This document shows, piece by piece, positions 11,401 through 25,662 of a DNA stretch of 64,000 nucleotides. Position numbers and translations under genes: made by a program. This DNA comes from Octopus sinensis (Eukaryota), in NCBI RefSeq assembly GCF_006345805.1, contig NC_043013.1, forward strand, positions 18,600,001 through 18,664,000, written 5' to 3'. Under the pieces are notes generated by a model, which was not told where the DNA came from, searched no databases, and was given only the letters and a program-made list of their open reading frames with translations. Each line of letters starts with the position of its first letter. The stretch's first letter is position 1.

Positions 11401-13526
11401 TGTATATAGTTTAAAGAAAAAACAGTGTTCAGTGGTAATGGAAGTATTCAAAGAGTAAAAATATTCAATAGCAACAGAATTTTGAAATTACTTTGGTTGG
11501 CTAATCATTTGTATCTTCGAAATTAAATTAAGCTTCAGTAATTATGAATTTTTAGAAAACATAACTAACTACTAATATTTCTTTTCTTCCCTATTTTTTA
11601 ATAAAGAACTTTTTGTTTTGCATATATTATCACTAGTTATTGTAATGATTTTTGAAAATGTTTTCTTAAATGTCTGCGAAATAAATGATGACTTGTGTCG
11701 GTAAAAACCAGTCTGAATAAAGTTCAGAACATTCATTTCTCCTCACATTGAACGAGAGTTTAGTACGTGGTCTACTTGTAAGGAACTAAGCAAATGTCAA
11801 ATTAAAAAAAACCCAATTAAAATGGACCTACTAAAAATAAAAACAAAATCATAGACATACTAACGATGATAACGATACTTGAATGATTAAAACATATTAT
11901 TAATTAACTACGTTATTGTTTTTATTGATGGCATGTAAATTATTTTCTTCTTAACAATCACACGATGAACTTGACTGCAAGTCGAAACGACGTTCATTTT
12001 GTGCTCTGTAAATATAGAGGTAAGGTTATTTAACAGCAAGAAAATAAACGGTAAGAATACATGCGACAAAAATTGTTACTGCAAAAGTAAATTAATACGG
12101 CAAATTTACCTGTAGCAAAAATGTTTACAGTAAATACCTGCCTCGAAAGTTAATAACCAGTTTTCGTGAAAAACACTTCATATGAAGCTGCTACAGGCCA
12201 GCCTTTCTTGATACAGTATTACTAGAAAGGGAATAACTCCCTTCTGGGGAAGATGCAAAGGTTAAGAGAAAATAGGAGCATGAGCCTAACATTGTATTAC
12301 TTTCTGTCTCACTCTCGTAAATACAAGCTAAGACATAAAAAAACAATTGCGGTATAGTGACTGAAATTAAAACACAGTGGAGCAGTATCGGTTGTTTCAT
12401 CGCTTTTACTCTCTAACTTGGCTAATACTGATGCAATCAGCACTTGTTAGCATGATTAAGGCCAAGCTGTAGACCATGGTTTTCATACAGAAATATAAAT
12501 AATTCTCTTTTATTTTTGCCGGTACTTCTGATGGGATATTTTGTATTCGTCTCTCTCGCCTATCAATTTACACAACATAATAAATGATACAATACATTTA
12601 TTAATTTTATGTATTAATTTCCCCACCCATGTACCTCACTAGATGTAGGTGTGCAAATTTTAACACACTGATAAGAATACACCTTGAGTTATCTTTTATT
12701 ATTTCATTCTTCAGAAAATCACTCCCAGCCAAAAACTTCGCACGTTCCAACCTGTATAGTCAGTTAGTCTTACAAGTGCAATATATTGCTATACAGGAAA
12801 ACAAGTTAATTGTGGGAACTGAATAAAATATAAAGCTGGAGCGACAATAAAAAGACAATAAAAACAACGATAATTTTGAATTAAATTTGGCGTTGGACAT
12901 TTTATAAATGTCGCAATTACTAAAACATAAAATAACAGGAAATTGTTCAGTAGACACACACCATAACAATACGTACTGAAGTGACATTACTCTCTCTCTC
13001 TCATTCTGTTTGTTGAACGCCCTCTCTTTCTTTCTCTCTCTCTGTGCATATACATATACATATATATTTGTATTATATATGCATTGTATTATATTATATT
13101 ATATTATATTATGTAATATCATATGATACACACACACACACACACACATATATACATATACATATATATGGGAAAAAGAACAGAAATGAATTTTTCGTTA
13201 ATTTTTCCATTTTCACGATTATTTACGTTTTTATTATTTTTTTGCAATTTACTTAATCATCGGTATATTATTGTTATTTTATATATAATATTTCTATTAT
13301 ATGTAATTTTCTAGATGGTGTAATTTAATTGTTCATTTTGAATGATAAAAGGTGTTTTTTCTAATTATATATATATATATATATTATATATTATATATAT
13401 ATATATATTATATATATATATGTATGTATGTATATTCCAGTTCTATATTCAAGAGATGGAGAATTATGTAAATTATTTACATTAGTTACATTTTGACGGA
13501 TATTTGTCCTTATCTTGTTTGTTGTT

Positions 13527-13572
13527 AACACAACATTTCGGCTTATATACCCTCCAGCTTTCATCAGGTGTC
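13527..13572 (-). ncRNA. Hammerhead ribozyme relic (mutated copy of 13997-14042)
   Basis: GACAC-CTGATGA-A-AGCTGG...TAAGCC-GAAA-TGTT-GTGTT. The stem III C>T change is consistent with CpG decay. Confidence 0.45.
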
Positions 13573-13622
13573 TTCGGGAAATTTCGAATCTAGGTTCTCA
13601 TTCCTAAGGTATTTTTTGATGC

Positions 13623-13680
<58 letters not shown>

Positions 13681-13829
13681 TTATTATTATTATTATTCTG
13701 GCCATTGCCTGGAATCGAACTCAGAATCTTGGGGTTAGTAGCATGCTCTGTTAACCACTGCGTCATATGCCCACGGGTATGATAATATTAATAATAATAA
13801 TAATAATAATAATAATGATGATGATGATG

Positions 13830-13930
<101 letters not shown>

Positions 13931-13996
13931 AATGATGATGATGATAACACCGAAAAATACCTTAGGAATGAGAACCCAGGTTCGAAATTTCCCCAA

Positions 13997-14042
13997 GACA
14001 CCTGATGAAGGCTGGAAGGTATATCAGGCGAAACGTTGTGTT
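13997..14042 (+). ncRNA. Minimal type I hammerhead ribozyme motif
   Basis: Stem I GACAC/GTGTT, core CTGATGA, extra A, stem II GGCTGG/TCAGGC (one mismatch), GAAA, palindromic ACGT stem III, GUU cleavage triplet. Confidence 0.6.
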
Positions 14043-14200
14043 AACAACAAGCAAGATAAGGACAAATATCCGTCAAAATGTAAGTCATGTAAATAATGTA
14101 TATATGTATAATGTATATATTGTATATATGTATATGTATGTGTGTATGATGTATGTATGTATGTATGTATATATATGCTTATATATATCTATCTATCTAC

Positions 14201-14256
<56 letters not shown>

Positions 14257-14676
14257 TTATCTATCTATAAAGAAATATAAGCATCACCAGCACGTTCCTC
14301 TTCTTGATAATCGTCTGTGTCATGCAACAAACCTAAGTGTGACAGATACGACGACGACGACGACAATGAAGATGGGCATGAGGACGACGACGACCACGCC
14401 TACCACCACCACCAATATCACTACCATCAATACCACGACTACCACCATCACCACCACCATCACCACCACCACCACCACCACCATCACTACCATTGCGACC
14501 ATCTCTATCACAACTGAAATAAACACCATAATCATAATCCTAATGACCATCATCGTCACCGCCACCGTCACCACCACCACCACCACCACCACCACCACCA
14601 CCACAACTAGCATTATAATCCTCTTCCCCTTCTCCCTCATTATCACTAGCGCCGTCATCATCTTCGTTAAAACATT

Positions 14677-14777
14677 CAAAATTCTTCGTTCAAGTGAATA
14701 AATATTTAACTGGAACCATTTCTGAAGCTCTCCACAAATACTGACACACTTTAAGGAATTCATTCCATTATCTCTGT
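14677..14777 (-). CDS. Candidate coding exon, paralog 2 of 3: (x)RDNGMNSLKCVSICGELQKWFQLNIYSLERRIL, reading on into a Val-rich repeat
   Basis: Acceptor TTTCATTCATCGCAG, phase 1. TTG replaces the TAG of the other copies, so the frame stays open to 14320. Confidence 0.5.
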
Positions 14778-15049
14778 CTGCGATGAATGAAATCTTCTCA
14801 TTGACCAATGAAATCCTACAACGTGCGGAAGTCAAGATAAGAGAGAGAGAGTAAGAGAGAGGGAGTGAGAAAGTGAGTGAGTGAGAGAGGTAGACAGAAA
14901 GAGAGAGCGAGAGAGAAAGGTAGCAGCAAAATATGCTGTCACGCATTCAATTCCAGCTTTTGGCACTTTCGGTCTTCCTTACTTGAAACATGTGCATGCA
15001 TACTTATATAAATACATGCTTATGTGTGGATATATACATATATATAAAT

Positions 15050-15086
<37 letters not shown>

Positions 15087-15141
15087 TAACAGTTACATGT
15101 ATGTGTATAGTATGTTTGCATACATACATACATACACACAC

Positions 15142-15172
<31 letters not shown>

Positions 15173-15227
15173 ATGTGTGAGTGTGTGTGTGTCTGTGTGT
15201 ATATATATATGTATATATACATACTTA

Positions 15228-15452
15228 TTGGCTTAGTGGTTAGGGTGTCAGCACCATGATTGTAAGATTGTGGTTTCGATTCCTGTTCTTGAGCAAAACA
15301 CTTCATTTCACGTTGCTCCAGTCCACTCAGCTGGCAAAAATGAGTAATGCTGCGATGGACTGGCGTCCCATCCAGCTGGGGAACACATACGCCATAGAAA
15401 CTGGGAAACCGGGCCCATGAGCCTGGCTAGGCTTTAAAAAGGGCACATTTAT
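15228..15452 (+). mobile_element. tRNA-head SINE
   Basis: GGCTTAGTGGTTAGGG...GTTTCGATTCC...TTGAGCAAAACACTTCATTTCAC...GCGATGGACTGGCGTCCCATCC; head and core shared with 61594-61745. Confidence 0.75.
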
Positions 15453-15708
15453 TTTTTTTATATACCTATGTAAAGACATAGTATATATATAAATGTTTAT
15501 TTATATAAATATATATATATATAAATATATATATTTATATATATAAAGGGGAGAGAGAGAAACATTATATATATATATATATATGCAATGAATAAATATA
15601 TATCTATATACATGAAATAAATATATAAATATGTATATAGTATATATGTATATATGAACACATACGCACATGCATATCTATATATGTAGTCACACAAACA
15701 CGGATATA

Positions 15709-16600
15709 CAGGGTGCAGTGAATAAACTCTCGTCTAAATTATGCAAAAATTTAAATAACACTGACATCTCATTTTAACAGATATATTTACCAAAATTACA
15801 TAAAAATGTCTTGAAATACGAAAGAGTAAATTTATTCAATAAAATCGTCATTGACTTTAACTACGGCCTCTAGTCGACTTCGGAATCTGCAACTCTTCTG
15901 GACGGTCTGGTTGTTTACGTTGGTGAATGCTGCCAGAATCGTTTTCTTCAGTTTAACTTTGGTGTTACAAAGAATTTTGTTGGTCTCGCACTCATCTGCG
16001 CCCCACACATAATACTCAAAGGGGTTGCAGTCTGGGGAGTTAGGTGGCCAGATGTAAGGGATAATGTGGTCGCAGCAATTGTCTGACAGCCATGGCTGGG
16101 TTCTCCTGTTTGTGTGGCATGGTGCAGAGTCCTGTTGTCAGACATAGGGTCTTCCAGCAGTCACCCTCTTGATCCAGAGCAGCACTATCTCCTCCAGGGA
16201 CTTGATGTAGGCTTCCGTGTTGAGTCTCAGGCCGCGTGGAAAGATGAATGGAGGCATAACGTCGCCATCACTAGTGATCATTGCAAACACCATGGTGTTG
16301 ATAGGAAGTTTGATTTTTACCACGCTCGGTACATGCCTGCAGATTGCACTGTCCCAAACACTCTGAAATGTTTGTATTGGAGCTTCCGGCGCGAATGCCA
16401 AGCAGTACAGCATGTCCTTTCCAAATTGTGAATTGCATCATGGTGCTGTTTTTCTCACAGACGCTGGCCAACTGTTCATACTAAACTGTGTAGTCGACAA
16501 AATCGAAGCTAAACAATGCACATGCGCAAAATTAAAAGTATAATATGGTGACAATTTACCCATCGCAGCCTGAATTTTAAGGGTGGAGCGAAAAAGGCAC
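15709..16600 (-). mobile_element. Decayed Tc1/mariner element, DD37D/E (maT-like) transposase
   Basis: ITSDGDVMPPFIFP...QQDSAPCHT...WPPNSPDCNPFEYYVWG, with 37 residues between the second D and the final acidic residue. TA-CAGGGTG terminus at 15707-15715. Confidence 0.9.
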
Positions 16601-16973
16601 TTTATACACATGTTTTTCAAAATATGTTTTTAGGGATATACTTTTATTTGCAAAATTCTTTAGAAACAACTTTGTTAAAATCTGAAGTTCTGACCTTTGA
16701 ATAATGAGCGAAAATCAGTTTTTGACATGTTTGCCGTTCCTCATTTTGTTTTTACATTTATTGTCACAAATCGATTCTCTTTTGCAAAATCCTTTAAAAA
16801 CAAGAGTCATAAAATCCCACCCTAAAATTTATATCTTTAAGCTCCGCAACGCACTTGAAATTTCGAAATTATATGAAATAAATAGACTTTTCGACTTTAT
16901 TTTCTTTATCATTTTTGATATTATCATCGAATATATGTGTCCATCCATGCATCCATCCGTTCGTCCATCCATC

Positions 16974-17011
<38 letters not shown>

Positions 17012-17652
17012 CACACATGTCTATATATGTATATACACACACATACGCGTACACACAGACACACAGACACACAGACACACACATATATATATATGTTCAT
17101 ATATATGTATATATATGTATATATACATGCATATACATGAGCACATATGTGCGTGTATACGTTCATATCTATTAGAACATAATTGTGTATGCATATCTTA
17201 TACATCCATACATACATATATGTAGACGTTTACGTATCTTGATACTTATAACATATAGAATGTGTGTGTGTGTGTATATGTATATGTATATATATTGTGT
17301 GTGTCTATGTATGCATATATATACATAATGTATGTTTACTTATGCATACACACACATATATATATGTATAAATATATATATACACGTGTATTTTTTTGTG
17401 TCTGTAAATGTGTGTCTGTGTGCGTGCGCGCATGTATGTGCTTGTGACAATTCCTGCAAGGAAAAGCGAGGATACCAGAAATCCAAACACGACTTTATAC
17501 GAGTTAAATATAACTAGAGCAAATATTTTCTTTAGCTTGCATTAAATGTATAAAACTAAGAATGTATACATTCCTACAGAGACACACTATATATATATAT
17601 ATATATGTATATATATGTATATATATAAAGATATGCACACACACACACACAT

Positions 17653-17686
<34 letters not shown>

Positions 17687-17702
17687 CTTCTTCTTTCTTT
17701 TC

Positions 17703-17759
<57 letters not shown>

Positions 17760-17847
17760 TTCTTCTTCTTCTTCTTCTTCTTCTTCTCTTCTTCTTCTTC
17801 TTCTTCTTCTTCTTCTTCTTCTTCTTCTTCTTCTTCTTCTTCTTTTT

Positions 17848-18235
17848 AAGATGGCAATCTAGCAGAATGTTTTATCACACCGGCCGGACAAAAGGCTTTC
17901 TGGCATTTCGTCCCGTCTTTACGTTCTGAATTCAAATTCCGCCGAGGCCGACTTCGCTTTTCATCCTTTCGGGGTCGATGAAAATAAGATAAAGTACCAA
18001 TCAAGTTCTAAAGTCCATGTAATCAAGCAACCCTTCATCTTTCCCAAAATTTCAAGCCTTGTCCCTATACAACAAAGTATTATTGTTATTATTATTCGAG
18101 TGTCTTTACGTTCTGAGTTCAAATTCCAACTTTGCCTTTAATCATATCGGGATCGATAAAATAAAACCAATTGATCACTAAGGGCAATGTAATCGACTAG
18201 CCCCCACTTCCTCGACCTCCACAAATTCAGCTCCT
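17848..18235 (+). mobile_element. Two partial SINE copies (7635 family)
   Basis: TTACGTTCTGAATTCAAATTCCGCCGAGG...TTTCATCCTTTCGGGGTCGATG, then a second TTACGTTCTGAGTTCAAATTCC copy at about 18105. Confidence 0.75.
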
Positions 18236-18340
18236 TGTGCTTATAATAGAATTATTTTCATTGACATTTTCGTTCTCGTTTTGTTTTTGTTATGGGGTTC
18301 TTATTATTGCTATTAATTTTATCATTATTTTTATTGTTCG

Positions 18341-18720
18341 TGGAGGCGCAATGGCCCAGTTGTTAGGGCAGCGGATTCGCGGTCATAGGATCGCGGTTTC
18401 GATTCCCAGACCGGGCCTTGTGAGTGTTTATTGAGCGAAAACACTTAAAAGCTCCACGAGGCTCCGGCAGGGGATGGTGGTGATCCCTGCTGTACTCTTT
18501 CACCACAACTTTCTCTCACTCTTACTTCCTGTTTCTGATGTACCTGTATTTCAAGGGGCCGGCCTTGTCACTCTCTGTGTCACGCTGAATATCCCCGAGA
18601 ACTACGTTAAGGGTGCACGTGTCTGTGGAGTGCTCAGCCACTTACACGTTAATTTCACGAGCAGGCTGTTCCGTTGATTCGGATCAACCGGAAACCTCGT
18701 CGTCGTAACCGACGGAGTGC
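18341..18720 (+). mobile_element. Near full-length tRNA-head SINE
   Basis: GGAGGCGCAATGGCCCAGTTGTTAGGG A-box, GTTTCGATTCCC B-box, 3' end homologous to 335-645. Confidence 0.85.
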
Positions 18721-18895
18721 TTTCATTCCATTTTTATTGTTGTTATTTTTGTTGGCATTATTATAAATATCATTATTATAATAATCATCATAGTTATTAT
18801 TATTATTATTGTTGCAGTTGTTGTTGTTTTGTTGTTGTTTCGCTGTTGTCATTTTTGTTCTCGGTTAGCAATGCCGACATCATTGTTAATACAAT

Positions 18896-18996
18896 CTAAA
18901 TTCTTCGTTCAAGTGAATAAATATTTAACTGGAACCATTTTTGAAGCTCTCCACAAATACTAACACACTTTAACGAATTCATTCCATTATTACAGT
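18896..18996 (-). CDS. Candidate coding exon, paralog 3 of 3: (x)CNNGMNSLKCVSICGELQKWFQLNIYSLERRI*
   Basis: Strong acceptor CTCTCTCTTCTAGCAG, phase 1, ends TAG. AATAAA on the minus strand about 160 nt downstream (18732-18737). Confidence 0.5.
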
Positions 18997-19187
18997 CTGC
19001 TAGAAGAGAGAGATTGACCAAAGAAATCCTACAATCTTTAGTACAAAAGGAAAAAATAAAAATAAAATAAAACCTTTTCTGTCTTAAGAATATAGTTCTT
19101 CATAATCTGTCTCTTTGACATTTCCGCTTTCCTAAATTCTGTATGTATGTATGTGTGTGTGCATATGTATGTATGTATGTATGTATG

Positions 19188-19221
<34 letters not shown>

Positions 19222-20047
19222 TGTATGTATGTATGTATGCATGCATGTATGTATGTATGTATGTATGTATGTATGTATGTATGCATGCATGATGCATGTA
19301 TGTAGATATGTATACCGGCTTAACAGCAAATCTACATCTCTCTCTCTCTCTGTCTATCTATTTATTTTTGTCTCCTCATTTTCTATCCTTCTTTTTCTGT
19401 TTATTTTCTCACTCTCTCCCATCTATCTATCAATCTATATAACTTCTACAAGTGTGTATATATATATATATATGTATATGTACACATATACACATACATG
19501 AAGACTACGCATATATATGTATATATATTTATTTATATATGTATATATATATATATATATATTTATATATAATATATATATATATATTATATATATATAT
19601 ATGTATGTAGTATGTATGTATGTATGTATGTATGTGTGTGTATAAAATCATTTCAAGGAACAAACAAAACGAAAGAAGGAAAAAGAAGGAGAAAAAGCGA
19701 ACGAGAGGACGTGCTCGTTGAAAGGAGGGAGTTTTTCACGTTCCGAGCATAGTTCCTCGTTGGAAAGGAGAAAGGGAAAAGTCCAAAGAAGAAGAAGGAA
19801 AATCAACAGGTCACGTGTAGTTATATTTCTGAAGTATATAGCAGCTAACGTTTTCTCAATTACAACATTTAAGTTTGATGCTCTCCAACGCCATTGAGTG
19901 TTCACCAATACATCGAGCTGAAAAAGAAGACAATAAAATCGTCAAATTTAGCCTGTGCACCCTCTGTGTGCGTATATACATACGTATATGTATACATGCA
20001 TACATACATACATACATACATACATACACACATACATACATACATAC

Positions 20048-20095
<48 letters not shown>

Positions 20096-20502
20096 ATATG
20101 TATGTATTTATATATGTATGTGTGTGTGTGTGTAAGTGTGTTTCTGAGAGCATGCGTGTCGTGTGACATACATATATACATGCATACATACATAACTGTA
20201 AGTTCATACATTTTTATATGTGTACTTTGGTATCCCTTATCTTTGACGACAAAGTTCGGTTAATGTTTTCCTTTATGTAAACTTCGTGACCTCTTTGTAC
20301 ACGTGAATCGAAATGAATAACACACTACGGTCTTATCTGTATTGAATCTGTCTTACATAAATTGGAAACGTGTATAATATGTTCACTCTCCATCACCTAC
20401 TAACTACGACTGAAGTGATAAATTTATTACACTAAATGTCATTTGCAAATGACTGAACTGAAAATTTCTATATCTTTAACTGAAACAACCTCTTCCATTA
20501 AT

Positions 20503-20634
20503 CTATTTCGAAACACATTCTTCTGCCGTAACATATCTCAGCCAATATCTCTGTATTGGCAAAATATCAAATAAATCATCATTTTGAGCATTGACCCTAG
20601 TGGCACATAACATAAATGCTATAACTAATAACAT
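20503..20634 (-). CDS. Possible small secreted-peptide ORF (43 aa): MLLVIAFMLCATRVNAQNDDLFDILPIQRYWLRYVTAEECVSK
   Basis: Hydrophobic N-terminus with a V-N-A|Q cleavage-like site and an upstream acceptor-like CTACAG. No recognisable homology. Confidence 0.2.
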   Translation of the reverse strand: MLLVIAFMLCATRVNAQNDDLFDILPIQRYWLRYVTAEECVSK

Positions 20635-21189
20635 AGATATTGGGTTGAAAAGCCCTATTAGATAGAAAAATTTGAAGGCTACCTGTAGACTGTTTCTGCT
20701 CAAGGTGCGTTTCCAAACAATTATTTACATGTTATTATTTATAGGAATTATGTGATTTGCTTCGAGAGCCAACGTTTCCAAAAATCTATAATATAATATA
20801 ATATAATATAATATAATATAATATAATATAATATAATATAATATAATATGATATAATATAATATAATATAATATAATATAATATAATATAATATAATATA
20901 ATATAATACAATACACACACACACACACAGAAACACACACATACACTTGCGTCAGAAATTAATTAGCACTTCTCAAATTTCTACATTAAATAGGTTAAAT
21001 CAATTAACCTATGAGCTGTTCAAAACGTCTTACGCGATGAGAAAACTTAGTATGGTGTGATTTCGGTCCTTGCGAGGCGCTACCTATATCTATTAAACAA
21101 AGGAAGATTTGTCTGCATCCGCACTCCAAGTTGTTGCACTGCTATGTCAACATCATAAGGCTGTAGACTCTCAAACTGCTCTGCAAACA

Positions 21190-21780
21190 AAGTTACGTCA
21201 TCGTTCTGCGCAACAGTGAACTCGCAACAAAGCAATAGTTCGAGATATGGCCACTAGGTGACAGCACATACCTTGAGTGAAGAGCAAATCAAGGGTGCTA
21301 ATTAATTGCTGACGGTAGTGTATATATATTTCCAACAACCTCCTTCCACTCTCATTCCGACCAGGAACTCCATATTTTCCTACAACAATTTCTACTTCCT
21401 CATTTCCCACTCGCGCATTCAAATCACCCAACACCACCACATAGCCACTTTTCCCCACCTTATCCCTCCAGAACTCTTCTTCCTATATACTTTTACTCCT
21501 TGGGCTATATATACTAAAAATACCCACACCGCTCCTCCCCACCTAATCGTAATCCACATTAATCTTAAAGACACTTTCCTCCAATACACCACACTCTTCT
21601 TTACACGCTCACTCACCAGAAATGCCATTCCCTCACGAGACATCCCTCTCCCACTCCTAACACTCGTCCAGTCATATACCGAAACTGATACTATCCTTTA
21701 ACTTTCATCTTAGTCTCGCTCAGTGCCAGAACATCCATCCTTCGCCTCCTCATCACACTCCCTGTCTCTCTCCTCTTCAT
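21190..21780 (-). mobile_element. RTE-type LINE endonuclease (APE) remnant
   Basis: GMAFLVSERVKKSV...VSLRLMWI and VVVLGDLNARVGNEEVEIVVGKYGVPGRNESGRRLLE; GDLNARVG and NESG-RLLE are APE motifs of RTE-clade ORFs. Confidence 0.85.
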
Positions 21781-22119
21781 TTCACTTGTACTACACCCAC
21801 GCACATTCCATGACCCTAGGACTAGGGTGAGATTTGGTGTTAACCTTCTCCCACCCCCTAGTCTTTTTCATGTTCTCTAGAGAGTATATAAAATTATTAT
21901 GATGTCTGTAATATTATTATCTCAGTTAGGCTGTAAACATTTTCTTAGATTTTTGAGATAAATTAATTTCTCGCTGATCACTGAATGTTTTGATTATGAA
22001 GTGATGTCTGACGAAATGGTCTGTTTATTTTGTTTCATTATATAATATATTAAAAAACAAATATCTCTACCCATGGAAAACGTACGCAACATAAATAATC
22101 CACATAATTCATATTCACT

Positions 22120-22170
<51 letters not shown>

Positions 22171-23191
22171 ATAATTTTATTATTTCCCTCGGGCATGGCG
22201 ATACTGATAACCTGGTATTAGAACTCAATATATGTTTGCTTCAGAACAACACATCAGTCGACTACAGTGCGGTAATAGGTAATTAAAATCACAAGAACGA
22301 CATTAGCTTACAACTGTTCCTGCTACAAGGTGCAATTTAATCAAAGTTGAATTCTTTTGCATCCCCATACAGCTTCATTGGAGCTGTGAAATTTAATTAG
22401 GGAAAGCATTTTCACATTTTCATTTATGTATATACACAGAAATGCATTACTAACGAAATAAAAAAAAAGCATAAACTTATGACAGAAATGAAGTCAGGAG
22501 TTTGAGGAGGAAGATCTCTCCCAAGAAGTGGATTAAGGTAAAATTTTATCTACAAATATGAATAAGGATGTGTAAAAGAAGAATCCCTACGAAAGAAGTA
22601 AAAAGAAAAACAAAAGGTAAAAATATATCTTGGGAATATAGACAGAATGAATACGACCGAATCCACGACAATGTGAGAAAGAGAATTCAATCACAACCAA
22701 ATGTTTATCTATTCATGTTGCTCTATTCACTTCTTTTCATAGAGTTTCTTCATTTTCCCATCTTTGAACATATATATAGATGACATTTTATCTTAATCCA
22801 CTCCTATGAGTGGCTTTTCCTTCAGAAACTTCTGGTTTTCTTTCCTACATAAGTTCCTGCTCTTTTCATTGGCAACTCTTTTGTCTTGCTCTCCTTCTCT
22901 CTTCCCTTGTCTGCCTGTCTGTCTGTCTGTGTGTCTTTCTCTCTTTCAACCTTTCTCTCCCTCTCCCCCTCTCTATCTCTCTCTCTCTATATATATATAA
23001 ACACATAGATCTAAATGCCTTCCCAAATAGCATGCACTTCATTTTTGAAGCTCTAATGAAGCTATAAGGTAATACACAAATATTCAACTATAAGTGCACT
23101 GCATCTTATAGCAGAAACAGATGTAAGCTAATGAACTTCATGACATAATTTCATGACATTATTCCTAGAGTTATTTTAATTACTTATATAC

Positions 23192-23235
<44 letters not shown>

Positions 23236-23504
23236 TATATAATATATATATATATAAAACTTTATGTATGTATTTATGTATATATATGTAAATGTTTATT
23301 TATATGCACAGATATGTATTTACACTCTCACACACATTCTCACACACATGTAGTTGTAGTCATAGTCTCTTGATGAGCATTCAGTTGTTTGATCAAATAT
23401 ATTATCTGTCACTGAATCAACATGTTAAGTGGTTGTATATAACACAGACATATTATGGAACCTTAATATTATCCTTAGGCAAATTGAGTGTGAGAAGGCT
23501 GTCT

Positions 23505-23670
23505 TAGAAACACGGGTATATTCCACCCGACAGGCTTGTATTCAGTTTCCGATAACCAATTTTCAGTGAATTGTAAACCGACTCTAGGGTATGGAAAATG
23601 ATATATATAAACATGATGACACGCTGTGGGAGTGAACCCGGGAAACGTGGTTGTGAAACGAAGTACTTGA
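23505..23670 (-). mobile_element. SINE fragment (4462 family)
   Basis: Reverse complement ACAACCACGTTTCCCGGGTTCACTCCCACAGCG...GAAACTGAATACAAGCC. Confidence 0.6.
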
Positions 23671-23866
23671 AAATTCGACATACATACATACATGCATACA
23701 TACATACGCACATACATACATATATACATACTTACATAAAACACATATGCATATACAGATACAAATGCATGCGCATATATATGTGTGTATATATATATAT
23801 ACATATATATATATATACATATATATACATATATATATACATTTATATATACATATACATACATAC

Positions 23867-23933
<67 letters not shown>

Positions 23934-24542
23934 CGTATACACGCACATATATATGTATATATAAGTTGGTGCGTGAAGAAAGCAAGAAAACAGTTATGAA
24001 AAATGATGGAAAATACTGTAAAATTTTACGCAGTGTGATTTTGAGTTACAACAAATTATCATTTGGATGAATATTATGAAAAAACAATAAACAACCGATA
24101 CCTAATATCCCTTCAAAACTAGATTTCGAGAGCTAAAATAATTAGTTTTATGATAGAATTCCAAATAGACAATCAGCAATGTCATATTCTGTTTGAATAT
24201 GAACATCGATGAACCTCAAAACGAAAATATACACATAGATATAGATGTAGACAAACAAATGAAGAGATCTATCAATTAAATGTAAATACTTTATGAACGA
24301 AATTAATGAAATTACATTAAGTAATTAGAAATTGACTGTAGTAGAGACAGATACGAAATTGTGAAAGAGAGAAATACTAACTTTATGATTGTGTACAATA
24401 TACACAAAATATACTAAACGGACAAGAAAAAGTTATATTTTCACAATAAAATGTTATTTTTTGATTTATCAATATCCTACATTTTATACGTACTTAATAA
24501 TATTAAAATTATAATTACAATATCTACCCATCCATATATACA

Positions 24543-24778
24543 TATAAACAGCTCATAAACAAGGGCATAAGAAAAATTATTTTCATGCCAATATGCTGAT
24601 AACAGACTTTAAATCGTCAATTTCCACTTTTCCACATTTCATTATACATTCACTATAAATACACGTGTATTTATAGTGAATGTATAATGAAATGTGGAAA
24701 TTGACGACTTAAAGTCTGTTATCAGCATATTGGCACGGAAATAATTTTTGTTTTGCCCTTGTTTATAAGTTGTTTATA
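24543..24778. repeat. Loop-less ~236-bp palindrome centred on ACAC|GTGT (24661-24668)
   Basis: The inner ~35 bp are nearly perfectly complementary; the outer arms have scattered mismatches and one ~8-bp duplication in the left arm. TA flanks. Confidence 0.92.
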
Positions 24779-25302
24779 ATTTTAACCTTTAAAGGTATTT
24801 TAATATGCTGTCAATTTTTGATGAAATATTTTTCTGAAAAAAAAATTATCCTATATTAGTAGTACATATATACATATATAGAGATAATTTTATATACATC
24901 CATAAATATATTAAATATAATCTAGGAAGTAACCTCATAATGTGCATTAAAAATCTCCTATACTGCTATTGGCTACCGTATGCCATCTTCCAGCAAAATG
25001 TTTTTCCTGAGCTGGATAAACATGTGGAACTCCAATATAGTATGATATTAATATAAAAATTAAGACAACTCGGTGAAAAAACGAGCTTTATTTGCCAATA
25101 ACAGGATTTCTTTCTGCACAAGACACCATCTTTAACTTGGTGAGGTTCTATTCACATACCATTACTTAAAAGTTGTTTTGATGGTTTATGAGTGATAACT
25201 CAGCAACTTAAAGCTAGTGTATGGCGCAAAAACAAATGTAATTTGCAATTATAGCTTGTCTTTTAATTTTGTTATGTATAAATTTGTTCATATATATATA
25301 TG

Positions 25303-25355
<53 letters not shown>

Positions 25356-25574
25356 AGAATATACATGTTTGTATATATATATATATATGTATGTATATAT
25401 GTATGCATGTATATGTGTATGTATGTACATACACACACACATTTGGCGGAGACGTGCCAGTGCGGTAAGAAGCTTGCCTGCCAGACAAATGCTTCGAGTT
25501 CGGTTCCACTCCATGGCAGCTTTGTTGATTGCCTTCTGCTATAGCCTCGTCTGTGTATATATAACTATATATAT

Positions 25575-25605
<31 letters not shown>

Positions 25606-25662
25606 CATAAAATTTTAAGTCATTAATATGGTAGACGGAACGTAACTAGAAGCATATATTAG

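Noticed and set aside
24575-24750. Hammerhead cores within the 24.6-kb palindrome (TTGACGA...GAAA)
   Set aside because: Stems II and III cannot be formed convincingly.
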